DNA of 64,000 nt from Ylistrum balloti. Lineage: Eukaryota. Of this stretch, positions 23,779-37,873 are shown piece after piece. Position numbers and translations under genes: made by a program. The notes under the pieces are model-generated. The model saw only the letters and a program-made list of their open reading frames with translations. It did not search any database and was not told the origin of the DNA. The stretch's first letter is position 1. Each line of letters opens with the position of its first letter. The DNA lies in contig NW_026782138.1 of NCBI RefSeq assembly GCF_031769215.1, positions 1 to 64,000 on the forward strand, given 5' to 3'.

Positions 23779-25398
23779 CTGTGGGTACTGGTATAACCAT
23801 TGGTATAACCAATGTTACGATTATTGTATAGTCAATCTGTGGGTACTGGTAGAACCAGTGGTATAAACAATGTTACGATTATTGTATAGTCAATCTGTGG
23901 GTACTGGTATAACCAGTGGTATAAACAAAGTTACGATTATTGTATAGTCAATCTGTGGGTACTGGTAGAACCAATGGTATAAACAATGTTACTATTATTG
24001 TATAGTCAATCTGTGGGTACTGGTAGAACCAATGGTATAAACAATGTTACGATTATTGTATAGTCAATCTGTGGGTACTGGTAGAATCAGTGGTATAAAC
24101 AATGTTACGATTATTGTATAGTCAATCTGTGGGTACTGGTATAACCAGTGGTATAAACAATGTTACGATTATTGTATAGTCAATCTGTGGGTACTGGTAG
24201 AACCAATGGTATAAACAATGTTACGATTATTGTATAGTCAATCCGTGGGTACTGGTAGAACCAATGGTATAAACAATGTTACGATTATTGTATAGTCAAT
24301 CCGTGGGTACTGGTAGAACCAATGGTATAAACAATGTCACGATTATTGTATAGTCAATCCGTGGGTACTGGTAGAACCAATGGTTATAAACAATGTTACG
24401 ATTATTGTATAGTCAATCTGTGGGTACTGGTAAACCAATGGTATAACCAATGTTACGATTATTGTATTGTCAATCCGTGGGTACTGGTAGAACCAATGGT
24501 ATAAACAATGTTATGATTATTGTATAGTCAATCTGTGGGTACTGGTAAACCAATGGTATAACCAATGTTACGATTATTGTATTGTCAATCTGTGGGTACT
24601 GGTATAACCAATGGTATAAACAATGTTACGATTATTGTATAGTCAATCCGTGGGTACTGGTAGAACCAATGGTATAAACAATGTTACGATTATTGTATAG
24701 TCAATCCGTGGGTACTGGTAGAACCAATGGTATAAACAATGTTACGATTATTGTATAGTCAATCTGTGGGTACTGGTAAACCAATGGTATAACCAATGTT
24801 ACGATTATTGTATTGTCAATCCGTGGGTACTGGTAGAACCAATGGTATAAACAATGTTACGATTATTGTATAGTCAATCCGTGGGTACTGGTAGAACCAA
24901 TGGTATAAACAATGTTACGATTATTGTATAGTCAATCCGTGGGTACTGGTAGAACCAATGGTATAAACAATGTTACGATTATTGTATAGTCAATCTGTGG
25001 GTACTGGTAAACCAATGGTATAACCAATGTTACGATTATTGTATTGTCAATCCGTGGGTACTGGTAGAACCAATGGTATAAACAATGTTATGATTATTGT
25101 ATAGTCAATCTGTGGGTACTGGTAGAACCAATGGTATAAACAATGTTATGATTATTGTATAGTCAATCTGTGGGTACTGGTATAACCAATGGTATAAACA
25201 ATGTTATGATTATTGTATAGTCAATCTGTGGGTACTGGTAGAACCAATGGTATAAACAATGTTATGATTATTGTATAGTCAATCTGTGGGTACTGGTAGA
25301 ACCAATGGTATAAACAATGTTATGATTATTGTATAGTCAATCTGTGGGTACTGGTAAACCAATGGTATAACCAATGTTACGATTATTGTATAGTCAAT
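23779..25398. repeat. 58-bp satellite array, ~28 units
   Basis: Unit CTGTGGGTACTGGTAGAACCAATGGTATAAACAATGTTACGATTATTGTATAGTCAAT, highly homogeneous. Confidence 0.97.
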
Positions 25399-26263
25399 CA
25401 TATTAATGTTCCTTTTCTTTTTTGTTTTTACTTGAAAATATTTGTTTAACATCATATACATTGTCAATAATTTAAATGCTTTCACATTAATTTAAATGAC
25501 ATGTTTAGGTTGTCATAACTTGTGTCCAATTATTTTTTAAAATCAAATGTGTTTGAAGTAATCTAAAAATTCTTCTTCCATACAAGGATATTGTCCATGT
25601 TTGGTCTGAAGCAAATTTTTACGAATAGTGAATCTGATTTCTGTTTAACAGCAAGGTTGAGACCCAAGAGGGAAATTACTTCAGAAATTGTTTGTCTCAT
25701 TCAAAATTCTTGGGCATCTTATTTTATATGTCCTGCAGTAAATGTAAGCAATTTACCAGGTTCTTCCCGGTCAACTAGATACTGGTCATATTATGATCAG
25801 CTTAAATCAGAATTTACCATAGCACCATAGCACTACCCCAACAAAGTCTCCTCATAATTGTTAAAATTCATATTCACACTATAGCATCACACTATCAAGT
25901 TATAAAAATGAGTTGTTGAGCAATTTATTTTTAATTTATTTATGCCTCTTTCATATATAGGTCTTTAAAGTCAGATTAACCTTAAGGCACATGAGCCTCT
26001 TGTTTGCCGCTCATATATTGTAACAATTTTCACCCTAATTTGGCCTGAAACATATTTGGGAGAGGGCAATCATTTCCAAAAGATTGTTGAATTTTTCACA
26101 ATATTTTTTCTGTCTTGTATTTTGTGAAGAGCACAGCTAAATTCTCTGTGTATTTTGGTCAGATGACCATTAAGGTCCATTGGTCTCATGCTATCAAATA
26201 TGATATTCTTGTGAGTGGAAATGTATTTTAAAGAATATGGCTGATCTTCTTCTTCCTTTATAG

Positions 26264-29200
26264 CTGAGGAGATGGTGCCAGACAACACACAGCAGTCACT
26301 CAATAGCCAGTCCTATCTTGCTGTTGAAGATCCAAGCAACATACCAGACCTTGATGAAATGGCAGTGGCAGGACTTTCATTTATATGTGATTAAGAATAT
26401 AAATAAGTAATTTAAGTTGATTTGTATTATCAGTCAGTAACAAAAATAGAAGGTCTTATAGTGGAAAGAGTGTAAGATTCTGTTTATCACCTAACTTTGG
26501 TACTTTTGAATATGGTACCATGTTGTTACGACATCACAACTAAAACAATAAGAAAAATTAAGCCAATCACAGCCCCAATAGGTAATGAAGGCACAAATGC
26601 TTGGTAATGAAGTCAACAATGCTGGGTAATGATGTCACCAATGTCGGGTAATGATGTCACCAATGCTGGGTAATGACTTCACCAATGCTGGATAATGATG
26701 TCACCAATGCCGGGTAATGACTTCACCAATGCTGGATAATGATGTCACCAATGCCGGGTAATGATGTCACCAATGCTGGATAATGATGTCACCAATGCCG
26801 GGTAATGAAATCAATAATGCTGGGTAATAAAGTCACCAATTCTGTGTAATAAAGTCACTTATATCTATTGCTGTTGAGTAGAAATACAATGAATGCTGTT
26901 TTATCGTCCAGCAGTACAATATCATTCCCCCCTTTTTCTGGTCAGAATGTGTATGGAGTGATGGCTCTCTGAACTTTCTGCAGGATAAATACAGCATACT
27001 TTATACATTTATAATACCACAAACTTTTAATTGTTTGAAGGTGATGGCATTTTCCACTGCAATACATGCAAGATAAGCTTGTGTCGATGGAAAAGGAATG
27101 ATGATCCTTGGAAGGAGCATGCCAAACACAGTCCTGCTTGTAGTTATCTTCGAGATCAGAAGGGCCAGGCTTACATAACTAGGGTCCAGGAAGAATTGAC
27201 CATGAATGTATTAACCGTTTTATTTTCATTTCAATTAAAATTATATATGAATATTCAAGAGTCCAAACATTTTACTTTGAACCTTTCAAAATATTTTTTG
27301 TATTTGAATCGAATGATAGTTCAGAACTACAATGCTAACTGGATAATAACTTCATTTAGAAATGGTAGATTGATTAAATTGAATGGATGTACGTAGACGG
27401 TAAGATGGTGTGACTTAAATTTTTTTCAATCAATTACCCTGAATGTCAAGGTCACATTGAAATCAAATTTACTATCTTGTCCATACGTTATGATTCACTG
27501 AAAATATGAGGGGATATGAATGCCTATTCTTCCTCATAGCAATATGAGCCAATTTTCTTTTCTTTTTTTGCAGGTAACTCGACCAGAGTACATGGAAATC
27601 ACTAGCAGGATAGGAACATATGACAACCCTAATTGGCCTGTAGACCAAGTGACACAGAGACCAGAGGAATTGGCTGGAGCAGGTTTATTTTACACAGGTA
27701 AGTACAATGTACCATAGACAGAAGAGAGATGTAGATCTACATATGGAGGAATGGCTGAGATTATACTCTGTTCTTCATCCTTCCTGGGGCTTACTTCCTA
27801 TATTCAGTTAAATGTTATTTTGCTTAAGTGAATATGATGCCAGTTCAGTGTATTGTCTGCTATATTGCTGCTTTACCTAACCAGCTCTACCAAGTATCTG
27901 ATTCTAGAGAAGAGAGCTGATCTATGTATGCCAGGTATTTGGATAATACATGCATTAGTCACTTCTCATTTGTTTATCTGTTTACATTGGATTTGGATCT
28001 TCTCAACCATCAGGTATGGTTTACTGGGAATTCAATTTTCCAGGTAGACTGATCAAAATAACCTACATGCATGTACTATATTCAGTTTGCTGAGTTTAGA
28101 TAAACTATACATGTATCTGAAATAACTGTGTCACTAATGTAGTTCCCTACATAAGGTCAAAGTTGATGATGGACATAAAAACTTTAATTATTTTCTGAAA
28201 GAAATGTCTTGAGATTAGCTCACATGCCTGAAGATCTTGTGAGCAGCATCAACTTTAAGCAAATACTCAATGACCATGAGTACCAGGGTCACGATATTTG
28301 GCTTGTAGCATATAGTATTAGGGCTACCAACATTGTTCAATTGAATGACCTCAGCACATTTTCAAGGTCACAGGGATCAAATGTGTGAAAATCTTTTAAC
28401 AACTTCTTCTCATTTACCAAGAGACTCCAGCCTATGATATTTGGCTTGTAGCATGCTGGGATGAAAGGGAACAAAGTTTGTTTCACTGAATGACTTTCAT
28501 GACCACATGGTTGAAATAAGGTCACAGGGTCAGATGACCAAATCATTTCACAGAAATATGACATGCGCCTTCCTTAGGAAAAAATCCAGCAGTTATTGGA
28601 AAAGCATGTATCCTTGATCCATTTTTGAAATCACAGGCCATTGACCAGCTTTGTATGTCACAATTGTAAAATCCTTGTAAATAGTATTGAGTATTAGATG
28701 AATGAGGTAGACTCATTGGACCTCATTAGTGTACTCAGACCCATGTTCCATAAATAAAGGTAAAAACCAAAGTTAATGATGAAATATTTCTGGCTTATGA
28801 CTGAAGTAATAGGTTTTTTATTTAGAAAGTTAAGGAAGGTCGTCAGGTATAAACTCTAGGTGGTGATGTTGTATAGTAAGTACAGAATTGTTCCAAAGTT
28901 AATATTTCTATATCTACCAGGAGAGGGAGCCACTGTTACATGCCATGATTGTGGTATAAGTTTTTGTTGCTTGCCGCCCCATGCTGAACCATGGGCAGAT
29001 CATGCATGTTCATCTCCATCCTGCAAGTATCTGATTAGGATGAAAGGAATCAACTTTGTGGAAAACTTTGAAGAAACAGAGGATGTGAGTATAAATTGAT
29101 TTTAATTGAACTGCGGTCAGAGTTACAAGTAATAAGTTTAATATTGTGTGGTGGTAGTTTCTTGTGGGGTGGGTATGCTCATGTAATTAACACCTTTCTT

Positions 29201-32200
29201 TCTTTTTCTTTCTTTCTTTCTAATCAGATTGTTATTTGTTTATAGATGGATCTGCCTGTTTCTATTGTTTCTATGACTCGGTTTACTCCAGCGAGCATCT
29301 TGCGATCCATGAAATATTCATCTGAGGTCATCATGGCAGCTATCAACCAGCACAGAGCCAGCAAAAGTCAGTGCAGAAAATAGCTTCTCCAGTATCGTTT
29401 TGAAAAATCTTTTCCAAAACACTATTCATCTAATTGATGCTTTCAATATTAAATCAATTTTATTTGAAGAAAGTTAGTATAATACAAACAAATAGAGGTT
29501 CATAAAATATTGCTACCTATAAAACTTGTGTTGATGATGTAATACATGAACTTGAGGTCACCGGTATCTGTAGTGATAGATTGCTAGTAGATAATTATTT
29601 TAGAAGGTTTGATAAATATTTAGGAGTACAAAGATATTGTTGTCATAAAATGAGATTGCATATAATAAGGGAGAGGGGGTTGAGAGGAACTGATTAGAAT
29701 AGAATAAATGGATGATGTGAAAAAAATTGTTTGAATTACAATATGTCAGTTCAATTCCATAGTACCATAGTTAAAGTGTCATTTATTTTCGTGTAATTTC
29801 ATTTAAGTTGGACTATCATTTTAATATCTAAAAACTCATTAAGTTTTTTTTTCAATCCTTAATTGTCAGACAGTTTTTATGTCATATTTATTTGGGCTTG
29901 TCATAAACACTTGTGAAACCTACAGCAATTGCCATTTCTTGTATGTTATTAGCTTTGGATCTCCTATCCTCTACTGGTTCTTTAAGTTAGCTGTATGTTT
30001 GCTTTTGATGCAAAAAATCATCAAGAAATTGTCTAGTATTGTGATCATTCAGAATTTTTGTTTGAATTTCCAATTTAACTTGAGCTTTTTCTTACCATAT
30101 TTATTGTAATAAAAAACCCAACCCCTTTTCTCAGTGATTTTCCCCAACTAACATCACAAAACTTACCTTGTGCCAAATATCCACATATAGACATATGAAT
30201 ATGAAACAGGAAAATCTAAACATACAATGGGCAATCATATCCCAAAAGTGAAAAACACATGTCTATTTTTGTTTCTACAGAACTAAGGATGAGATCAACT
30301 TCCGGGACTTCTGTATGAATTACTGTTCTCGCTGTCATCACTTTCACTCTCTGTTAGCTTGTTTAATCAGGCACATGCGTATCAACCACAGAAATAACAC
30401 ATCGGTCGCTGTTTTTACTTCTGGCATACTAGCTTTTTAACATCCTCTGTTAAATGCCCCTGTAACGGGTCCAACACCAGCAGTTGCTTGTCAGTGGTAT
30501 TAACACCCCTCTTCAGCCAAACTTTTTTTATACTTTCTTCATTTCCCCACGACTTTGTTCCCTCCCTGCACATGTATGCTACAAAAACACTCGAGATGTC
30601 GCATTTTGGTAGGGGACAAATTTCAGGCAAGTGTACTAGAAGGGCTATTTTTGTGCCGTCACATAAGCTGCTAGTGTCACTGCAATTTTTGTTGTTTATC
30701 ATGCCCTGTACCATAAACACTGACTTCTTTGTCCCCGTTTAATGCTTATGTTGATTGACCTGGCATGTCGCTCCACACAGGTGTTTCGTCCATTTATACT
30801 GTAAACGCAGCTGTCAGTCAAGGAAGTGGTATGTTGTTCAATGTGGGAAGATCGTCTAAATGAATGTTGTGTCTTTTTTTTTGACTTTGTAAACCTCCCA
30901 TAGCAAGCTTTGAATGACTGGCTTCCATTTGTTTATACTTATAGTTACTGTTGTAATCTATTCTGTATCCTATGAATTAATTGGGTTACATTTTTCACAA
31001 TGCCAGTTATTTAATTTACCCAAGATAGATGATAATATCCCCAAATGGCCTAAACAAAGTAGAATGTTTATTTCAGCTCAATCACAAAATCTGGTAAAAC
31101 CTGTGACTCAGCCCTCACCAAAGCTTAGAAAAATTCTAAATTTTCTTTGAAACATTATAAAAAATTCAAAACAAGAGTCTTTAAAAGCAGAAAATTTTAT
31201 CATTAAGATAAAACAAAACAAAAAAACTTGTCATAGTCACAGAAAATTTGCAATGAAATGATTGAAATCCCACCCAGTTTAGGTTTCTGTTTCAATACTT
31301 GTGAACGCTGGACAATCACAATTGGTAAGCATCTATACATTTAGGGGAATTCGTGAGATTTTTGTATATTTTTGTTTTAAATTGATTATTTAGGGTGTGT
31401 TGAAAAAGGCTTCTATCATGTTTAATTTGATTATTATATATTGAAAGGAGATAAAGACATTAAAGTTGGTGACCTGCTTGAGCTGATCTCAGATATGGAA
31501 GGTGGTGACAAAATTGTGGAGGAGGACTATGATCTGCCTTCCTGTAAGTAGTCAGCATCAATATATGATATATTTGTATGTTGTAGAGTGTTGACAGAAG
31601 TGCAGGAAATCTTGTTCTTTATTTAGTTTTCAACTTCAGAAAACATTTTCTACACAGGGTAAAGATCAATTCATAGTTGTATTCTGGTAAATTTGTGCAG
31701 ACAAGCCAGATGTTAATGTCCAATTGAAGGGAGGTAAGTAATTGGGTGGGGAGCCAGTTATACTTTCATTGCAATGTTTTTATATCTTATGACTTTGCTT
31801 CTTACCATAGCTTGATTCATTCTTTTAACATGTTGTTGAGCTTTTAGCACTTTGTGAACGTGGAACAAAACACTTCTAAGTTTTGCCCTGTTTTTGTCAA
31901 GTGTATCTGGTAGGTAAACTGAAGCATTTTCTTTCAAGTTTAGGGTAATTTATTGCTATCCATATTGTGTTGTACATTTTTTGTATTTCTTGAAATTGGA
32001 GTTTAATGTATAAAAAAGACATGCAATTGAAAAGCACCTATAGATACAAATCTGTGATAGGAATTAGATATATTATTGGTAAATACATATTTAAACAGCA
32101 CTATACAGTTGTTTCTCTAGGACTTACTAGTGATGTTAAAGGGCAAAATTTGGAATCATCAGTGGCAACTGAATGATATAAAAATTGATGAAAAGAATGT

Positions 32201-32777
32201 CAAAATTTTGATTGAGGGGTGCACTAGCCCCATATTTCCGGAAATTTTGTATTTTTTCAAAATTTAATGTTGCGCAGTTGTATGTTTTATTCTAAGAATA
32301 ATATTTGATATTTATATACTGTTCCTATTGAAAAACTACATAATTTATAATGAGATAAGTTGAATCCAAATTGAAATGATATATTTTTCAACTTAGGTTA
32401 GTTTGTTATAATTGTGGTGTTAGAATTTGATTCAGAGATTGGGTTACCCACGGTGGATGTCGTGGATGTATTATGGAGCACTTTGTGGAAGTTGTTTATC
32501 AGTGAGAGTGATTCATAAAGAGATTTGTTTTCTACAGTTGTCATATAGATATTTGTTATCTACAGTTGTCATATAGATATTTGTTATCCACAGATGATGA
32601 GATGATGAGATGAATGAAATGAATCGTGGATTTCTGTGTAGCAGTTGTTTTCAGCTGCCTGTGGTCACTATGTTGCTGCCCTGCTGTCACATTGGCCTGT
32701 GCACGAGGTGTGCCTCTACAACAAAGGTCTGTCCTAGATGCAATGGCACACCATGTCAAAATGGGCTGCTCGGGTAG
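26264..32777 (+). CDS. Inhibitor of apoptosis (IAP/BIRC-like) gene: BIR, BIR, UBA-like, RING; possibly degenerating
   Basis: Phase-compatible exons 26264-26386, 27041-27207 (HCNTC...W...DDPWKEHAKHSPAC), 27574-27697 (RIGTYDNPNWP...RPEELAGAGLFYT), 28921-29084 (CHDC...PWADHACSSPSC), 29246-29366 and 31448-31543 (UBA-like ILRSMKYSSEVIMAAI...VGDLLELI), 31701-31733, and 32602-32777 (RING CSSC...PCCH..CTRC...CPRC). The 5' end is not resolved; the first donor (GTGATT) is weak. Confidence 0.8.
26600..26855. repeat. 22-bp minisatellite (~12 units) in an IAP intron
   Basis: Unit CTGGGTAATGATGTCACCAATG and variants. Confidence 0.9.
30400..30900 (-). pseudogene. Pogo-family (DDE_1) transposase relic in an IAP intron
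   Basis: MDETPVWSDMPGQST (~30795-30755) and KKVWLKRG...LLVLDPLQGHLTEDVKK (~30540-30430); frameshifted. Confidence 0.75.
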
Positions 32778-35700
32778 AATTTCCTCATGAGCACTGCAAG
32801 ATGGCAATCTTTGTTTTTTTGTTTTTTGTTTTTTTTATAAGCTTTTGGTATCACATACACTGTATTTCATTATTGGAGATAATTAAGGATCTGTCAGGTA
32901 TGATTTTGGGGTCATTATAAACTTTTAAAGTTTGAGAAGGTGATAAAAACAATTGAGGTACAGGATGTGATATCGATATTGTCTAGAACCTGTCTTATTA
33001 GTGCTGTAGTATCATCATTATTTTACAGTAATCATGACGGTGCAGTGTCCATTTTTTTGTCTGTCAGTTACTTCCCTTTACCTGATGCTTGAATATGTAG
33101 ACAACCTAGACAATATACATTTTGCTAATGTTGTGGCTGAGTGTAGTCAGATATTGAGAAATTACTGTTTGAATCTAAAAGAAAAAGTAGATTATTTGCA
33201 AAAAAAATCTTGTAGTTTGGAACTATATTGCTTACCACATTTGTTTTCTTAACTCTTGCCGTATACAGCTGATATTTTTAAGAAACTAACCATTAATTCT
33301 CTATTTCTCCTGTAATCTGAGCTGAGCTTGATAGGTTTGAGAGACCAGTTCACCATTGACTGTGTATACATACTAATTGTGTGAAATGAAAGTGTATCTT
33401 GCCTATGGTGTTACCTCAACTCGGGGAGGTAACTTCCTTTCTGGATGGGAGGTGATGCAGTATTTCTCCAGATCATTCTGAATCCAATTGATTGAATATT
33501 TGCTTATAAGAACAGTTGAAATGGTCCTTTCATTTTGTATACCTGAGTGTAGAGATGCCCATATCTGTCCCGTTGCAATATGTCCCAAATCAAAAAGTCA
33601 AACCTGCAGGTTGTTAACATTTATAGAAATTTTTGATTCTGAAATCTCCTTACAAGGAACAGTGATACTCAGGTCCTATAGATATCGAAAGTTGATATTA
33701 TGGCAATTTGCATTTTTATTTTTAAAATCTTACCATGTTTTTATTGTACATCAAAACTGTCTTTGGAAAAGTTTTTAAATGCTGCTTAATTTTGTGGTCA
33801 CCATAGACAAATTCTCATGATGACCTATTGCAATCACCTCTGGCATCATGTGTCCGAAACAATTTAACTTTTTTCAGCTTCTTCTCAAAAAACTCTGAAC
33901 TGATTTCATTGAAATTTTGCAGAAACCTTCCCTGGCTAAGATGAACCAAAATAGTAAATTATATGTTCCCCACCCCACAGGGGCCTGACAGTTCTGTAAT
34001 AGCTGCTGCCAGTGAGGTTGACAAGCTTTAGTTGCATTTGTTAAAGAGTTTTTCTTATTTTTACCTTTATAAATATGATTGTACGTTTCTATTTAATCAT
34101 TTTCTGTGAACCCAGTCATTAAGAATTATCTCCCTTGCTATTTTACAGGTTTGTATGATTATTTGGTACTGTGTATAAGTTGGTTGTCTGTATTATATAT
34201 ATACACATACATATTTTTGTTTAATTAAACCAAATTGGCACTAATATTTATCATTTTAATTATATCCATATACATTTTCTTTGTGTGATAGAGCATATGT
34301 GATCATTATTTTACATCTTTTTAAGTTTTTGCATAATAGTTTCATCCTTTATGTGTATTCTGTATTTCATTAAGTTTTCAAAGTCATCATTTTGTCCATT
34401 GTTATCTGTTTTTTGTATGTACTCTATCCATTTAAGAGTACAAGTGTATGAGAGAAAGGAAAAAACTGCAACAGTCAAGGAGTTATGGTTCCTGAAATGA
34501 CTTTCATCTCCTCTTTTTATTGTGGGGATAACATTCATTGCAATAGTGTCAAATTGAAATATTTATTAAACCCATGGCTTTTTGAACAGCAAGTAAATGA
34601 GTTTTAATAACCTTTTTTGTCTTGATGGTTATAAACACTAATACCAATACTAAAATGAATTAAGCATGATATCAAATTTAATGTAATCAAGATTTATTAT
34701 GCAGACATGATGCTTTTATAGGTTTTGGAAATTTAAATATGTACAGTGAATGTAGTGCACCATTAATTCCTTGTATCTCTTGCAAATCAATAGAGTATCT
34801 CCCTCTCTCTCGTTGATGAGTCAGCGTCTATAATGATGATTTCCAGTCGATTGTTAGTATACCATTGTGCCATTTACTGACAATGAAGATAATAAGATAT
34901 GATGTCAGATTGTTTTGTTATGTTAGGTTTAAGAGGTGATTTTGTTATTTGTTTTTTCTCTCTATGCATGAGCAATGCAACATGGTATAAAAAATGGGGA
35001 ACACAAATGTATTTACACAATTTTGCAATAAAAAGTTATTGAATTGTGTCTGACTACGTGTTTTTTTACCTTTAATGGCAGTTAGGAAGTGACTGAGTTT
35101 ATGGTTTAGTGACGAATCCATCTTCCAATTGCCTTTCATTACCTTTACCAATGCTCAAGTACAAATGTTCAAATATATATATAAATATAAAAAATAAAAT
35201 TATATATAACTTAATCTTCTCATGTTCCAGAGTCCTTACATTTTTACAGTTGGTACCAAGGATATAATCTTATAAAATTTGATCATACTAATGAGTTTGA
35301 TATATTTTCATTTTCAAAGGGGTCAAATATGTAAAATTCTTTGACGATTCTTCACCTTAAATTCCAAAAGAACCAATTTAAGCTGATATTTGGGCAGTAG
35401 ATACAAAAGAGTGTTACAAAGTTCCCTAATATAAATGACCTTCACCTACATGTATTTTATTGGTCAGTTTGATTGAATATGTTAAGTCATGCTTGAGAAT
35501 ATTCTTGTGAAGTTACAGAAAACTGAAGTGTCCTAATATATTGATAGCAGGTATCTGATATGAAGTGCAGTGAATTTTTCTGATATAAATGGGCTTGACT
35601 TGTTTTCAAGGTCAGTGGTCAAATATGTTAAAAGCTTAAAAGAATTAGCATCTGATGTTTGAAGTTTGAGAAGACCAAGGATACTGATATTTACATGTTT

Positions 35701-36756
35701 TAAAATTAACTGGGATGAATTGCTCTAAAATTACTCGATAAAAATGGCTGACTGTGACCTGTTTTTAAGGTCATGAGTGTCAAATATATTTAAAATAGAT
35801 ATATTTTTTCAAGTTCCAGAAGTCCCAGTTACTATGCCAGCAGATAGCTAGTATGTAGAGATCTCACTTTTTTCTCAAATAATTTTAAGGTCACAAGAGT
35901 CGAATATGTTTAACATCTTTTGATAATCTTTTTATATAGTTTTACAATACCATCATTACTGATCCATGTAAATATATATATATAGAAACAAAAAATACAC
36001 ATTAAACACTTGTTGGAGGTACACCACAATATCGAAGGCCAGGCATTGCCAATCAAGGGTATAGAAAGGAAAATGGCAGTGCAAAAGTTGAATGGAAATG
36101 TTAAATATCAGCAAATTAATTTTGGTGGTTTTTGTGTCCCATTTGAAATAGGAACCAGTCATTTCCCAAATATATGAAACAGGTACTAGTGTTATATTCT
36201 TTACACACTTTATTACTATATTAATTCTAATCATTTTCCTCATCAAATATTATGAATTGCAACTTTTTGTTGTAAATACCAGGGGTACAAATGTCACCAA
36301 CCTATAACACGGACACAATCATATGATATCACGACCTTCATCTTGTGAGGTAAGAATTAACCAGACCAAGGACAAACAGATAACACAACATCCTACAAGA
36401 CTTTGGGCTGCACATTGGAACACCGGTATATCAGCTGACACTATGTAAACAATATGTATAAGCATGTACCTTTTCAGTCGCTGAATATCATTAGGCAGGA
36501 CTAAAATAATGTGCGTTTCTTGTAACCCTCTCGAATTTATGTTTGGGCCACCTGAGTTCTCACAAAAGCACTTAAAAGTCATTATCACCATTCTTACATG
36601 TTTATGATCGTTAGAGAGGTAAAAAACTTACTTCCCTACCATAAATTTCTCAAGCATGTGACATGATTCAAACTTGTTTTGCATTGTGAGAGTTTTGATT
36701 GTACATCAAATAACGCTCACCTGTTTAGCACTATAAAATATCCTGTTGTGTGTAGA

Positions 36757-37147
36757 GAGTAAGGGGTAGAAGCTAGAGGGTAGGAGGTTGGAGGTAGAGG
36801 GTAGGGGGTTGAGAGAAGAGGGTAGATGGGAGGAAGTAGAGGTGTGGAGGGAAGGAGTAAGGCAGAGGGTAGATGGTTTGAGGTAGAGGGTAGGGGTAGA
36901 AGGTAGAGGTAGGGGGTATATGGTAGGAAGTAGAGTAGAGGGTAGGATGTAGAAAGTTGGGGGTAGATGGTAGGAGGTAAAGGGTAGGGATAGAAGGTAG
37001 AGGGTAGATGATAGGAGGTAGAGTAGAGGGTAGGATGTAGATATAGGGGGTAGAAGGTAGAGGGTAGATGGTAGGAGGTAAAGGGTAGGGATAGAAGGTA
37101 GAGGGTAGGATGTAAATATAGGGAGTAGAAGGTAGAGGGTAGGGGTT
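36757..37147. repeat. Purine-rich low-complexity array (AGAGGGTAG/GGTAGA-type units)
   Basis: ~390 bp of almost only G/A/T on + built from GTAGAGGGTAGG variants; explains the spurious P/L/Y/T-rich ORFs on -. Confidence 0.9.
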
Positions 37148-37873
37148 ACTGGCATCTGGTACATTTGTCATTGGACATCGTCATGCATTAGCAGCCGTAA
37201 AGACAATCCTGCCTGGGAAGCAAGGATGTGCTACCTTAAGCACGGCGACATTATTCAATTACTGTCAATGTCGTATGACCCAAAATACTTATCAAGTCAA
37301 TAAATCATTTCCACAAAATTCAGGTTCTGCTTCTTATCGGTGATGAATTAGGAACAGGTTATCGCTTTTTAGCTTGACGGTGGCACCCGGCGGATGCGTT
37401 GGGTTTTAAAATAGTAAGATTTTCGTGCAAGTATTGAAAGATGTCGGTGCATATGTACTTTACTTTATAAACATCTGCGGTATGGATTTAAGGCTGCTAT
37501 GGGGTTAGACTGGCTGTTCCCAGAGTCTGACTTAAAGATTTCGGGTCAAAATTAACGCACAAAAAAAAATACACTGTTCCAGTTCTCGTTCTGTTCATTT
37601 CTTAGTTCTCTAGATAAAAAAAAAACAAAAACAAAAACTCGGCCATATTTAACACATATTTGATTATGTCAACTGAAATTACTAAAAAAAACAACCAAAA
37701 ATATCAAAATACAAGAAATTGTTTTAAGAATATTAACAAGACTTAATGCAAGCTACAATATTCAGTAATAAATAAAGTGTATGTATACAATAGGCCCGAT
37801 ATTAAACCTGTTATTGGGAAATCCGCTTCGTGATAGCCGTATACGTGGTTCTGAGAGGTATCTATCATACAAT

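Noticed and set aside
23779-25398. CRISPR-like array
   Set aside because: Units are contiguous with no unique spacers, there are no cas genes, and the context is eukaryotic; it is a satellite.
36706-37171. P/L/Y/T-rich ORFs of 152 and 132 aa (extensin-like)
   Set aside because: Translation artefacts of the purine-rich low-complexity tract.
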